Positions 10,081 through 19,343 of a DNA stretch of 64,000 nucleotides are shown one piece after another. The translations under genes were made by a program, and so were the position numbers. Source of the DNA: Muribaculaceae bacterium (GTDB lineage: Bacteria > Bacteroidota > Bacteroidia > Bacteroidales > Muribaculaceae); the NCBI GenBank assembly GCA_009775225.1, contig VSPE01000004.1:15667-79666 (forward strand), given 5' to 3'. How positions within the stretch are numbered: position 1 is the first letter of the stretch; every line of letters starts with the position of its first letter. The notes under the pieces are model-generated. The model had not been told where the DNA came from, ran no database searches, and saw nothing but the letters and a program-made list of their open reading frames with translations.

Positions 10081-11572
10081 CGTTTATCAGATTGACTATG
10101 GTATTTGTGCCGAGAATGGCTTCGGCGGTGTTGATAGCGGTGAGGGGCACTCCGCATATACCGTGCAGATTTATGTTCTGCCCGGTGAGAAGAAGGTTGC
10201 GTACTTTGGTGTACACGGGTATCTGCGTGAGCACGGGATTGTCGGAGTCTTTGCGGTAGCCGAAGAGCGCACCCTCTTTGGTGTGATAGTAGTCGCGCAC
10301 GGTGAGGGGGCTGGCGGCGTATATGTGTGCCGCCATATCATCGAAACCGGGGAACAGGAGGTTCAGCTTGGCAGTCACACGCTCTATGCGTTCTTGCTTC
10401 CACGCCTCGTATTCGGCGCCTCGACGGCCCGGGGTGGTGTTTTCCCAACGACGTACCTCGTCGAAGCCCATTATACAGTGCACCAGCATGCGCGAGGCGT
10501 ATTTGCCCTGTTCGCGGTCGGGCGGTGTCATGTACATGAATCCCTGCGGGAAGGTGTCGGCGCTTTGTTCGACCTGTGACCACATAGTGCCGTAGTCCTC
10601 CATGAAGTAGCATGTGTGGTCGATGTAGGGAAAGACTCCGGGCTTGAGGTCGATGAAGAGCGAGAACGCCGAGTAGGAGTTGGGTATCTCGTTCAGTCGC
10701 TTTACGAAGCCGCGGAGAAACGCTCCCTCCGACACCAGGCGCAGCATCTCCACCGGGTGTATGGCTGATATATATCGGTCGGCCTTGTACACACAGCCGT
10801 CGGTGGTGGCGACCTCCGTCACCATTTTTTCCTTTACCTCTATGCGGCATACCTCTTTTGAGGCAAGCACGGCGCCTCCGTTGTCGCGGATAATGGCGGC
10901 GAGAGCATCGGCCAGTTGCTGGCTGCCCCCGGCAAAGCGAGAGGCGCCGTTGATATACAGCACATAGATAAGGGCGTGTATGTAAGCCGGTGTATGACCT
11001 TCGACGCCGCCGTACAGAGGGTTGAGGTATGCTAAAATTTCGCGCAGCCGAGGGTCGGATATGAAGCGGGCTATCAGCCTGTCGGCCGGCATTGTGAAAA
11101 GCTCGCTGTGCGGAGCAAGACTGCCGTCCGACGGCCGTAGATGGAAGAGCGGCACCTCGTCGGCTATGGCGTAGATGCTGTCCACATAGGCGCGGATGTT
11201 CTCTGCTTCGTCGGGGAAATAGCCGGCCAGCGATGCCGTGAAGCCCTCGCGACCCGATGCTATGCGGAACACTTCGCCCGTGCTGTTGAAGCGGATTTCG
11301 TCCATGCACCGGCTGTCGATGTGGTGGATGTCGAGTTTGTCGAGGATGCCGAGATAGCGGCATATCTTGTAGATGCTGCCGCCCGGCTCGAAGCCGCCCA
11401 TGATGTGCATGCCGGTCTCGAAAGTCTTGCCGCGCCGTGCAAAGCATTGCAGGCCCCCTCCAATGATGCTGTTCTTTTCGAGCACCGTCACTTTAAGACC
11501 GTTGCGTGCGAGGAAGGCTCCTGTAAACAGACCTCCGATGCCTCCGCCTATTATAATAACGCTCTCGTTCAT
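10061..11572 (-). CDS. NAD(P)/FAD-dependent oxidoreductase, phytoene desaturase (CrtI)-like
   Basis: The start is trimmed to the ATG at 11570-11572 (MNESVIIIGGGIGGLFTGAFLARNGLKVTVLEK, a dinucleotide-binding GxGxxG motif). This forms an ATGA overlap with the stop of the upstream paralogue. The Arg/His-rich extension in the ORF track is rejected. Confidence 0.85.
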   Translation of the reverse strand: MNESVIIIGGGIGGLFTGAFLARNGLKVTVLEKNSIIGGGLQCFARRGKTFETGMHIMGGFEPGGSIYKICRYLGILDKLDIHHIDSRCMDEIRFNSTGEVFRIASGREGFTASLAGYFPDEAENIRAYVDSIYAIADEVPLFHLRPSDGSLAPHSELFTMPADRLIARFISDPRLREILAYLNPLYGGVEGHTPAYIHALIYVLYINGASRFAGGSQQLADALAAIIRDNGGAVLASKEVCRIEVKEKMVTEVATTDGCVYKADRYISAIHPVEMLRLVSEGAFLRGFVKRLNEIPNSYSAFSLFIDLKPGVFPYIDHTCYFMEDYGTMWSQVEQSADTFPQGFMYMTPPDREQGKYASRMLVHCIMGFDEVRRWENTTPGRRGAEYEAWKQERIERVTAKLNLLFPGFDDMAAHIYAASPLTVRDYYHTKEGALFGYRKDSDNPVLTQIPVYTKVRNLLLTGQNINLHGICGVPLTAINTAEAILGTNTIVNLINDANKDI

Positions 11573-13065
11573 CTGTTGGCCTCTATAATCTGTTGGTATA
11601 TGGTTTCTGCTGTGAGCAATTCCGAGCAGGTGACTATGCTGCCTACGAGTGTGCCCAGCATGCCATGCGAGTTGATGTTCTGACCCGTGAGCAGCAGGTT
11701 CGGCACTTTGGTCTTGTGCGGAACACGGCACGCCGCCCCGAGGGTTATGTCTTTTGCCACGCCGTACATGGAGCCGCCTTCAGTACCCGTATAGTCGAGA
11801 TAGGTGAGGGGAGAGGCCGTATATACCGCTTCTATGCCTGCACGTAGTCCGGGAAACTCTTTTTCGACTTCGGCTATCAGTATTTCGGCCTTGCGGCGCT
11901 TGAAGTCTTCGTAGTCGGCGCCGCGACGGCCTGCCTGAGTCCCTTCCCATCGGGCCACGTCGGTCATGTTCATGTACGACAATATTACGCCGCTCGATGC
12001 GTACTTCGGCCTTTCTTCCGAGCAGAAGTGCATGTACAGATAGCCCTTGGGCCACGTGGCTTCGGTATAGTCTTCGCAACCCCATGGCGAGCCTGAATTG
12101 AAGCTGTAGAAGTTGGAGTTGAGGTAAGGCACAGCTCCGTCTTTGAACTTCAGGTATACCGAGAAGCCCGCCGTTGTGTTCGGTAGTACGCTTATGCGCT
12201 TGCGGAATGCCGGGCGGATGAGCTTGGTGTCGAGTAGCTCCATTACGCGGGCCGGATGTATGTCGGAGATAACGATGTCGGCCGCGATAAACTCCTCGCC
12301 GTTCACCTCCACGCCCGTAGCCTTGGTATCGTCGCATACTATGCGTGTAACCTTGCTGCGCGGACGCACCGTGCCGCCGCACGCTTCGATGCTTCCTGCG
12401 AGCGATAATGCGATAGCGTCGCTGCCTCCCGCTACGCGGAACGCGCTCTGATTGTAGAAATCCATTATGAACGCGTGCTGTGAGAAGGGCGTGCGGTCTT
12501 TCTCGGCGGCATACAGAGGCAGGTTGCCTACGAGCACTTCCTTTATAAGCTCGTCGGTAAAGAGGCTGTCCATGACCTCGTTTATGCTGATTGTCTGGTA
12601 GAAAGTGTTCACCACAATATCGTTTTCGGCGTAGCGCAGGGAATGGAGTGACGAGGCCTGTGCTATTTTTTCTATTATGCCGTAGTACAGGGCGAGGTTG
12701 TCAGTCTCGCCCGGGAAATAGCGGCTCATACCTTCGATAAAGGCCTCTCTGCCGTTGGCGAAGCAGAACCTTTCGCCGTGGAGCGAAACTACGTCGTAGG
12801 CCTCGGGGTCGAGGCGGCTGAGCCGTATGTCGTCGAGGCTCAGGTAGCGCATCAGCTTGTGGAGGGTCTGCCCGGGCAGTGCGCTGCCTATAAAGTGCAT
12901 GCCTGTCTCGAAGCGTGCGCCGCGGCGGCTGAAACATTGCAGGCAGCCTCCTATCTGAGTGCCTTGCTCCAGTACGGTCACATCGTAGCCGTTGCGCCCG
13001 AGTATCACTCCGCAGGATAGCCCTCCGAGGCCGCTGCCTATTATTATGCACTTTTTTCGGCTCAT
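11569..13065 (-). CDS. NAD(P)/FAD-dependent oxidoreductase, phytoene desaturase (CrtI)-like (tandem paralogue)
   Basis: 498 aa. MSRKKCIIIGSGLGGLSCGVILGRNGYDVTVLEQ, followed by GGCLQCFSRRGARFETGMH, which parallels GGGLQCFARRGKTFETGMH in the neighbouring gene. ATGA overlap at 13062-13065. Confidence 0.85.
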   Translation of the reverse strand: MSRKKCIIIGSGLGGLSCGVILGRNGYDVTVLEQGTQIGGCLQCFSRRGARFETGMHFIGSALPGQTLHKLMRYLSLDDIRLSRLDPEAYDVVSLHGERFCFANGREAFIEGMSRYFPGETDNLALYYGIIEKIAQASSLHSLRYAENDIVVNTFYQTISINEVMDSLFTDELIKEVLVGNLPLYAAEKDRTPFSQHAFIMDFYNQSAFRVAGGSDAIALSLAGSIEACGGTVRPRSKVTRIVCDDTKATGVEVNGEEFIAADIVISDIHPARVMELLDTKLIRPAFRKRISVLPNTTAGFSVYLKFKDGAVPYLNSNFYSFNSGSPWGCEDYTEATWPKGYLYMHFCSEERPKYASSGVILSYMNMTDVARWEGTQAGRRGADYEDFKRRKAEILIAEVEKEFPGLRAGIEAVYTASPLTYLDYTGTEGGSMYGVAKDITLGAACRVPHKTKVPNLLLTGQNINSHGMLGTLVGSIVTCSELLTAETIYQQIIEANR

Positions 13066-15041
13066 GATTTAAGCGGTATTTCTATAATAGTGTCGCAGGA
13101 GGCGGTGGAGGGAAGCTCGCCCCCGAGTATTATAGTGAGGTCGTAATCGTTGTCGTCGACATAGTCGTTCACCCACACCGGGTGCAGGTGATGCAGGTTG
13201 CGCGGGAGGCCGGGAGTAGTCGTGGCCGTGTTGTAGTCGCGCAGCGAACGTTCGTATGCGTAGACCTCCGTATTCTCGTTCACAAGAGCGTACATCAGCG
13301 CGAAGGTGCCTATGCCGCTGTTTATTATACGCACCCGTTTCAGGCAGGAACCCGACTCAATAAGGTGGCTGTAGGTTGCTGCGTCGCGAAGTGTCTTCTT
13401 GCACCGCGCCACGGTGCTCCAGCCGCGCCAAGCGTATTTGTACAGTACGAGGCTTCGGAAATATGAGCAGTCTTCCACGCGTGCGGCTATGCGGCCGTAT
13501 TCGTTGCGGATAAGCTTGCGGAAGGCCGATGCCTCTTCGCGAAGCTCGGTGCCTTCGCTGTTGCCGGAAGGCACGCGCGGAAGTATGGTCAGGCTCAGCC
13601 GTCCGCGCCGGAACATGAAGTCGTCTTTGGGCAGGTAGTGACCGACGCCGTGGAGTACCATAGGCACTATATCCATGCCCAGCTTGCGGGCAAGCTTGAA
13701 CGCGCCCTGCCGGAACCGCAGAATGGTGCAGTCGGCCGAGCGTGTGCCCTCGGGGAAGATGACTATGGAGTATCCGCGGTCGCGAAGTTCGCGCAGGCGC
13801 GGCATGATAGCGTCGATACCTTCCGATACGGGAAGATAGTCGGCGTTGTGGATTATGCGGCCGTAGAACGAGTTGTGCTGCACCCAGTCGTTGGTAAGGA
13901 ATATGAGTCGGGGGTGTGCCGCGATGAGCATAGGTAGGTCGAGGTGCGACTGGTGGTTGCAGATAACCACGGCAGGACGCTCGAATGTCTCGCCCTCGAT
14001 GTTGTCGATTGTTGCCGTGGCTCCGGGGAACTTCCGCGTTAGCGAGGCGCATATCCACCTCAGCATCTTGTGGAAGCGCAGCTTCTTGGCTTCGCTATTC
14101 TTGCCTACGCTGAAGTACAGCCATGCGAAGGGTGTGAATACGCACATCGACCAGAATGCGAAGTAGCTGATGCCGTAGAGCGAGCGTGCGAGCCGGCCGA
14201 GTGTTATGGCTGCATCCCGCTTCCGGCCGTTCTTGCGGGTAAACGCTTTGAACTCGCCGTTGAACAGCTGCCTGTGTGTCACCGCGCGCACCATGCGCAG
14301 CGGGGCGCCGTATACCACGGCACCTGCGCAGAGCACCGTGTTCAGTATGCTTATGCGTGTGAAGTCGAGCGCGGGCCGGAAGTGCGATACCCGCTCGGCC
14401 TGTGGAGGGTAGTACACGCTTATAGGGATAGACACTATCTCGGTGCCGTGCCACGATGCGAACACCAGCAACTCAAGCTCGGCCTCGTAACGGCTGGTGA
14501 GCAGCCCGAGTCCGTGCAGATGCCGCAGCGGATAGGCGCGGTAGCCAGTCTGAGTGTCGGGCAGGCGGTGCCCCGTCTGTACGTGGAACCAGAAGTTTGA
14601 GAATTTGTTGGCGAACGAGCTTTTGCCGTTTATGTCTACACCCGACAGGTCGCGCGCCCCCACCACGAGAGCGTCGGGGTGCTCGGCAATGGCCTTCACA
14701 AAAAGCGGAATGTCGGAGGCATAGTGCTGCCCGTCGGCGTCGATTGTTATTACGTAGTCGTAGCCCATTGTGCGGGCTTTGCGGAAGCCGGTACGCAAGG
14801 CATGGCCTTTGCCTCGGTTGCGCTCGTAGTCCACTACCGTGATGCGGTCGCCGAAGCTCTGGAGGACAGACGCCGTATTGTCGGTGCTTCCGTCGTTGAC
14901 CACTATGAGGTCGTCGGCATAGCCGAGGATATCGCTTACCACACGCCCTGCTGTGCCCCCGTTGTTATACGTAGGCATGAGCACGCACACCTTGAGGGCG
15001 CGCATGGTGGCTATGAGGTTTTCGCGAGTCGGTGCGCTCAT
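13062..15041 (-). CDS. family-2 glycosyltransferase fused to a PlsC-type acyltransferase and a C-terminal extension
   Basis: 659 aa. The N-terminus has VLMPTYNNG...VNDGSTDNT...DADGQH (GT2 signature). A TM segment follows, then CNHQSHLD (HX4D) and FPEGTR, then an extension paralogous to the tail of the MMPL fusion protein. Confidence 0.85.
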   Translation of the reverse strand: MSAPTRENLIATMRALKVCVLMPTYNNGGTAGRVVSDILGYADDLIVVNDGSTDNTASVLQSFGDRITVVDYERNRGKGHALRTGFRKARTMGYDYVITIDADGQHYASDIPLFVKAIAEHPDALVVGARDLSGVDINGKSSFANKFSNFWFHVQTGHRLPDTQTGYRAYPLRHLHGLGLLTSRYEAELELLVFASWHGTEIVSIPISVYYPPQAERVSHFRPALDFTRISILNTVLCAGAVVYGAPLRMVRAVTHRQLFNGEFKAFTRKNGRKRDAAITLGRLARSLYGISYFAFWSMCVFTPFAWLYFSVGKNSEAKKLRFHKMLRWICASLTRKFPGATATIDNIEGETFERPAVVICNHQSHLDLPMLIAAHPRLIFLTNDWVQHNSFYGRIIHNADYLPVSEGIDAIMPRLRELRDRGYSIVIFPEGTRSADCTILRFRQGAFKLARKLGMDIVPMVLHGVGHYLPKDDFMFRRGRLSLTILPRVPSGNSEGTELREEASAFRKLIRNEYGRIAARVEDCSYFRSLVLYKYAWRGWSTVARCKKTLRDAATYSHLIESGSCLKRVRIINSGIGTFALMYALVNENTEVYAYERSLRDYNTATTTPGLPRNLHHLHPVWVNDYVDDNDYDLTIILGGELPSTASCDTIIEIPLKS

Positions 15042-15409
15042 CGGTTATAGTATATAAGCGACAGTTTGGTATATGTTGTATCTGCGTGGCGTACTTCCAC
15101 CGATACTTTCAGTGTGTGGCTCTCTTCGTCGGGGCTGATTTTCTTGAAGATATATGTCACGCATGGTGTCTCTGCCGGGTCAACCACGGCAAGATACTTG
15201 GCGTTTGCCACCCCGGCAAGTTGGTATTGGCTCCCGGTGAGTTCGCCCAGCAGTTCGGAGGCTGTCTGTATGATACATACGCCGGGCGTAATGGCGCGCT
15301 CGGGGAAGTGGGCCTTGTAAATCACGCAGTCGGGGAGCAGTTCGAGTTCGAAGCTGCGGCTGTCGCTGTCGGCCGACAATATTTTATATAGCTGGTCTTT
15401 CAGTATCAT
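15038..15409 (-). CDS. hotdog-fold protein, probable 3-hydroxyacyl-ACP dehydratase of the cluster
   Basis: 123 aa. The size, the segment FPERAITPGVCIIQ (FabZ-like HFP..P..PGV region) and the context support the call. ATGA overlap with the downstream gene. Confidence 0.65.
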   Translation of the reverse strand: MILKDQLYKILSADSDSRSFELELLPDCVIYKAHFPERAITPGVCIIQTASELLGELTGSQYQLAGVANAKYLAVVDPAETPCVTYIFKKISPDEESHTLKVSVEVRHADTTYTKLSLIYYNR

Positions 15410-15872
15410 TTTCTTGTTCGATAGGGAGAGGCGAGAATGTGTAGCTGATTTTACGCTTTGTATTCGTTATTGTCACTGCATCGGAGGTGGCGGCCACCGT
15501 GTAGCCGCGTTTTGGTTCGGGCGGTATTTCCCGAAGTACCTGCAGGCAATACTTTATGTCGTTGGCGAGCATGCGCCGTATATACCATTTGTCGAGAAAG
15601 CCTATCACCCGCACAAGCTTTACGCGCTCCTTGCGGATGTCGTATGTGAAGTCTATTGCCGATATGCCGAACTCGTTTACCATGCTCCCGTTTATCCGGC
15701 CGTAGCTTTCGGCCGTTATCATGATGCCGGAGATATATGCTTTGGGAGTAGTGATGCTGAAGGTATGGCGGCTGCGGGCGACACCGCTTTCGGCGGCATC
15801 GTCGCGCTGCGTCGCGGCTGCGGGCAGGCACAGCAGCAACAGACTGCTAAGGAATACTAAAAAGGCTCTCAT
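15384..15872 (-). CDS. secreted protein of unknown function (cluster-associated)
   Basis: 162 aa with signal peptide MRAFLVFLSSLLLLCLPAAA. Overlaps its neighbours by 26 nt on each side. No recognisable motif. Confidence 0.55.
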   Translation of the reverse strand: MRAFLVFLSSLLLLCLPAAATQRDDAAESGVARSRHTFSITTPKAYISGIMITAESYGRINGSMVNEFGISAIDFTYDIRKERVKLVRVIGFLDKWYIRRMLANDIKYCLQVLREIPPEPKRGYTVAATSDAVTITNTKRKISYTFSPLPIEQENDTERPAI

Positions 15873-16482
15873 CTACCTTTGCGTCCGATAGTACGTCTTT
15901 GAATTTTATGTCGGTGCGGTCGCCGTTTTTCTCGTATATGCTAAGCTCCGAAATCATGCTCGCCGACTTGGAGAATGTCATCGTAATTTTGGCGAACATG
16001 CGGCGCATCTCTTTTTTGCGTGGCACGAGAGTCACCACCCACGAGCCTTTCTCTTCGGCTGCTTCGGTGTCGAAGTCGGCGGCATTGGAGAGCGCCGTTC
16101 CTGTCACGGTGCTCATCATTATGCGGGCCACCTCCTTGAAGATTTTGTTGGTATTGGTGTCTATCACGTCCTTACGCGAGTCGTTGCCCACATAAACCTT
16201 GTTGCCGTTGAAGATAAAGAGGTATTTGTAGGGCGAGGTATATTCCCAGCGCAGTCTGTCGGGCTGCGAGTAGTACATGCGTCCTTCCGATACCATTTTG
16301 TCGCTCAGCAGCGACAGGTGTTTTGTCTGTACGAAGGAGCAGCTCATGGTGTGCAGCCGCGATACCGCGCTGTTGATGCGGGCTATCACTTCCTGCTTCC
16401 GGGCGTCGGTAAGCTCAGCGGCTCCTGCTGTGACCGTCATGGCCAGCGCAAGGAGGAATATGGCTATTATACGTCTTGTCAT
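15847..16482 (-). CDS. LolA-like outer-membrane lipoprotein carrier family protein
   Basis: 211 aa with a signal peptide. The segments FVQTKHLSLLSDKMVSEGRMYYSQPDRLRWEY resemble the LolA/LolB fold signature. The family is typical of aryl-polyene clusters. Confidence 0.7.
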   Translation of the reverse strand: MTRRIIAIFLLALAMTVTAGAAELTDARKQEVIARINSAVSRLHTMSCSFVQTKHLSLLSDKMVSEGRMYYSQPDRLRWEYTSPYKYLFIFNGNKVYVGNDSRKDVIDTNTNKIFKEVARIMMSTVTGTALSNAADFDTEAAEEKGSWVVTLVPRKKEMRRMFAKITMTFSKSASMISELSIYEKNGDRTDIKFKDVLSDAKVDESLFSIP

Positions 16483-16491
16483 ATCATGGAG

Positions 16492-16845
16492 TTATTTGGC
16501 CACGAACACGCAGCCGGCCATTATCAGTGCGACGCCGAGCCAGCGGTTCCATGCCACGGTCTCGTGCAGGAACACTATCGCGAATACGAGGGCGAACACG
16601 TAGCTCATGCTTGCCATGGGGTAGGCCATGTTGAGAGGAAAATGTTTCAGGATATACATCCACAGTATCGAGGCGCCGCCGAAGAGGATGCCGCAGAGCA
16701 TAAACCACCAGTTGGTGAGCAGGTCGAGCCAGAACTCGCCCGTCCACGAGAAGCGGGGCATGCGGGCCAGCGCCAGCTTGAGCGTGAGCTGCCCGAAGGA
16801 GAGCATTATGCTCTGTATGGCCGAGAGTCCTATTAGCTGCCACAT
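16492..16845 (-). CDS. small 4-TM membrane protein, EamA-half/SMR-like
   Basis: The start is trimmed to the ATG at 16843-16845 (MWQLIGLSAIQS...). The product is 117 aa and wholly hydrophobic. The Arg-rich 125-aa extension in the ORF track overlaps the upstream gene and is rejected. Confidence 0.65.
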   Translation of the reverse strand: MWQLIGLSAIQSIMLSFGQLTLKLALARMPRFSWTGEFWLDLLTNWWFMLCGILFGGASILWMYILKHFPLNMAYPMASMSYVFALVFAIVFLHETVAWNRWLGVALIMAGCVFVAK

Positions 16846-16850
16846 GGTGC

Positions 16851-17840
16851 CTATATCTTTTTTAGGCGTACCACAGACCATGATGTGGCGTCGCTGTGGT
16901 TCACTATGGTGATACTTTCGGGTGCTGTCGTAGGCTGTTCGCCAAGGCAGAGATGAGCCGGTACTTCGCCGCGCCCGAGAATGGTGGCGGCGGCATAGAC
17001 GGCCATGGCCGGCGACGAAAAATTCTCGCCGAATATGTTTTTGTACTGTAGCAGGCGAGGTGCGCCGCCAACGGCTTCGACAAGCTCGAGGTATGGCGTG
17101 TCGTTGGCCTCTTTGCCGTTGACTCCGAGCATGATTGCGGCGCCGCTGTCTTCGGCCAGTCGGTCGGCGAGGACGGCGAGGACGGGGCGGTATAGCAGTT
17201 TCACCGATGTCAGCTCGCACAGATTTCGTGCGGAAGGGCGGTCGGTGAGCACTGCCGACATCGATGTCTCCGACACCAGCCTGTATTCAGGATGCGTGCG
17301 CTCCATTACCAGGGCCATGAAGGGCGTCACCTCATCGTGCGAGCCTGTGAGGGCGTTGCGAATGGCGCCGCTGCGTATTTGCAGCCATGCGTCGAGCAGC
17401 GCGCTCTCGAAGGAGATGCCTTTGTGCGAATACGTGTTGTTGTAGCCGTGGCACTTGAGTATGATTGATATGAGCGAGCTTATGGTGTTGTGGGTCGACT
17501 GCATGAAGAGTGTGGGCTTCAGACAGTTTTCTCCGAAGCGGCTCATGTCGATGAGGAACTTCTCGGAGTTCTCCATGCAGCCCGTACCAGTGCCGGTGAT
17601 AATGGCGTCGGGCTGCTGCACGTCGGAGTTGTTCAGCGCCGTGATAGCTGTGCACACGGTGCGCTTGAGTATCTTGCTCATGCGTCGCGCCTCGGAAGGC
17701 ACTATCAGACCATTGGTGTCGGGTTCGACGGCGCGCACGTATGATTCGGAGTGGATGTGCGGCGATGTGAACCACTCGTCGGATAGCGGCTGCTGGCACG
17801 ATACTTGTGCTATGGAGTTGATATATACGCGCTTATTCAT
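16851..17840 (-). CDS. ketosynthase-like protein lacking the catalytic Cys/His/His (chain-length-factor-like partner)
   Basis: 329 aa with a thiolase-fold-like N-terminus (ITGTGTGCMENSEKF). SHKGIS occupies the position where a KS has TACxS. No HGTGT or GH motifs are visible. Confidence 0.7.
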   Translation of the reverse strand: MNKRVYINSIAQVSCQQPLSDEWFTSPHIHSESYVRAVEPDTNGLIVPSEARRMSKILKRTVCTAITALNNSDVQQPDAIITGTGTGCMENSEKFLIDMSRFGENCLKPTLFMQSTHNTISSLISIILKCHGYNNTYSHKGISFESALLDAWLQIRSGAIRNALTGSHDEVTPFMALVMERTHPEYRLVSETSMSAVLTDRPSARNLCELTSVKLLYRPVLAVLADRLAEDSGAAIMLGVNGKEANDTPYLELVEAVGGAPRLLQYKNIFGENFSSPAMAVYAAATILGRGEVPAHLCLGEQPTTAPESITIVNHSDATSWSVVRLKKI

Positions 17841-19050
17841 TGGCTTCTGTATAGCGGGAGAATATGAGCGAGGAGTCGTTGCCTCCGAAGCCGAAGGAAT
17901 TGTCGATTATGTGGCGCAGCTTAAGGCCCGTTGTGGTGCTGGCTGCCGGTTCGCCGCCCTCGGCTATCGGGTTCTTCCAGCCGAGACTGCCTGGCACGAA
18001 CCCGTGCTGAAGTGCCAGAAGGCATATCACGGCTTCGATAGAGCCTGAGGCGCTGGTGGTGTGGCCAGTGTACGATTTGGTGGACGAGAATAGCGGCAGA
18101 GAGGTTCCCCAAATACGTTGCATGGCTGTCAGCTCGCACTCGTCGTTGTTTGGCGTGCCGGTGCCGTGCGCGTTTATATAGTCGATGTCGGAGGGCGAGA
18201 GCTGTGCCATATCCATTGCTTTACGCATGGCCTGGTAGGCGCCTTCGCCATCGTCGGAGGTGGCCGTCTGGTGGAAAGCGTCGCAGGTATTGGCGTATCC
18301 GCTCAGCTCTGCCATGATGCGTGCGCCGCGGCTGAGGGCCGAGCGCTCGCTCTCGAGCACGATGTATGCGGCGCCTTCGCCAAGGTTGATGCCCGCGCGG
18401 TCGCGGTCGAAGGGGCGGCAGCGGTCGTGGTCGAGTATCATCAGAGTGTTGAAGCCGTTGAGGTGGAACTTCGTAAGGGCTTCCGAGCCTCCCGCCACAA
18501 CTATGTCGGCAATGCCGCTCTTGATGAGGCCAGCGCCGAGAATTATGGCATTGGCTGCCGAGGAGCAGGCTGTGGAGGTGGTGGTGACCATGCCGAAGCG
18601 CCCCGTGCCGTCGGCGATTAGCTCGGTGGAGTAGCCGCAGTCGTTGTACTTCATCTCAAGGCTGTCTTCGGTGGCTGTATTGGAGTCGAACACGTTCTTG
18701 AAGTGGCGCTCGGTCTTATCCATGCCGCCCACGGTGGTGCCGCTTATAAAGGCGGTGCGCTGCATGTCGGCTTCGGAGAGAGCAGCGGAGGCCACGGCTT
18801 CGCGCGCGGCGATGATGCCCAGGAGCACGGTGCGCAGTCCGTCGACGGGGTAATGCGCGTCCAGCATCCGCGACATCTCGGCATCGCTGAGTTTCACCTC
18901 GCCCACCGGGAACTCGCGGTGTTCGGTGGCGAGATGCCGTATGTGCCCTATGCCGCTGTGTCCGCTCAGTAGCGCCTTCAGTGTGGCATCGGTGCCGTTG
19001 CCAAGGGCCGATATGATACCGGCACCTGTCACGAATACTTTTTCCGACAT
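17833..19050 (-). CDS. beta-ketoacyl-ACP synthase (KAS I/II type)
   Basis: 405 aa with TACSSAANAI (active-site Cys), NAHGTGTPNND and GHTTSASG (the two catalytic His). Confidence 0.9.
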   Translation of the reverse strand: MSEKVFVTGAGIISALGNGTDATLKALLSGHSGIGHIRHLATEHREFPVGEVKLSDAEMSRMLDAHYPVDGLRTVLLGIIAAREAVASAALSEADMQRTAFISGTTVGGMDKTERHFKNVFDSNTATEDSLEMKYNDCGYSTELIADGTGRFGMVTTTSTACSSAANAIILGAGLIKSGIADIVVAGGSEALTKFHLNGFNTLMILDHDRCRPFDRDRAGINLGEGAAYIVLESERSALSRGARIMAELSGYANTCDAFHQTATSDDGEGAYQAMRKAMDMAQLSPSDIDYINAHGTGTPNNDECELTAMQRIWGTSLPLFSSTKSYTGHTTSASGSIEAVICLLALQHGFVPGSLGWKNPIAEGGEPAASTTTGLKLRHIIDNSFGFGGNDSSLIFSRYTEANE

Positions 19051-19066
19051 AAATGCTGTATGTGCT

Positions 19067-19324
19067 TTATTTCTTGCGGTTCTGACTTACATATTCGGCG
19101 ATAGAAGCTACCGACTTGAAGATTGCCTTGCCTTCGGCGGGATTGGAGAGTTTGATGCCGTACTCTCGCTCGAGGAGCACGATAAGCTCGAGGGCGTCAA
19201 TCGAGTCGAGCCCGAGGCCTTCGCCGAAGAGGGGGGCCTGTGCGTCGATATCGTCGGCGGTCATGTCTTCGAGGTTGAGGACTTCGATAATCTGATTTTT
19301 GAGCTGGTTGATAAGGGTATCCAT
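19067..19324 (-). CDS. acyl carrier protein
   Basis: 85 aa with LGLDSIDALELIVLLE (phosphopantetheine Ser motif DSI/L). Confidence 0.9.
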   Translation of the reverse strand: MDTLINQLKNQIIEVLNLEDMTADDIDAQAPLFGEGLGLDSIDALELIVLLEREYGIKLSNPAEGKAIFKSVASIAEYVSQNRKK

Positions 19325-19343
19325 ATTGCGGTGTTTCTTTAGT

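Noticed and set aside
16846-17220. Long N-terminal extensions in the ORF track (16492..17220, 10061..11731, 46367..47839, 19344..19952 and 44066..44956)
   Set aside because: The extensions are Arg-rich or low-complexity and overlap the upstream gene. An internal ATG or GTG gives a sensible signal peptide, Rossmann motif or stop-start overlap. Starts were trimmed accordingly.
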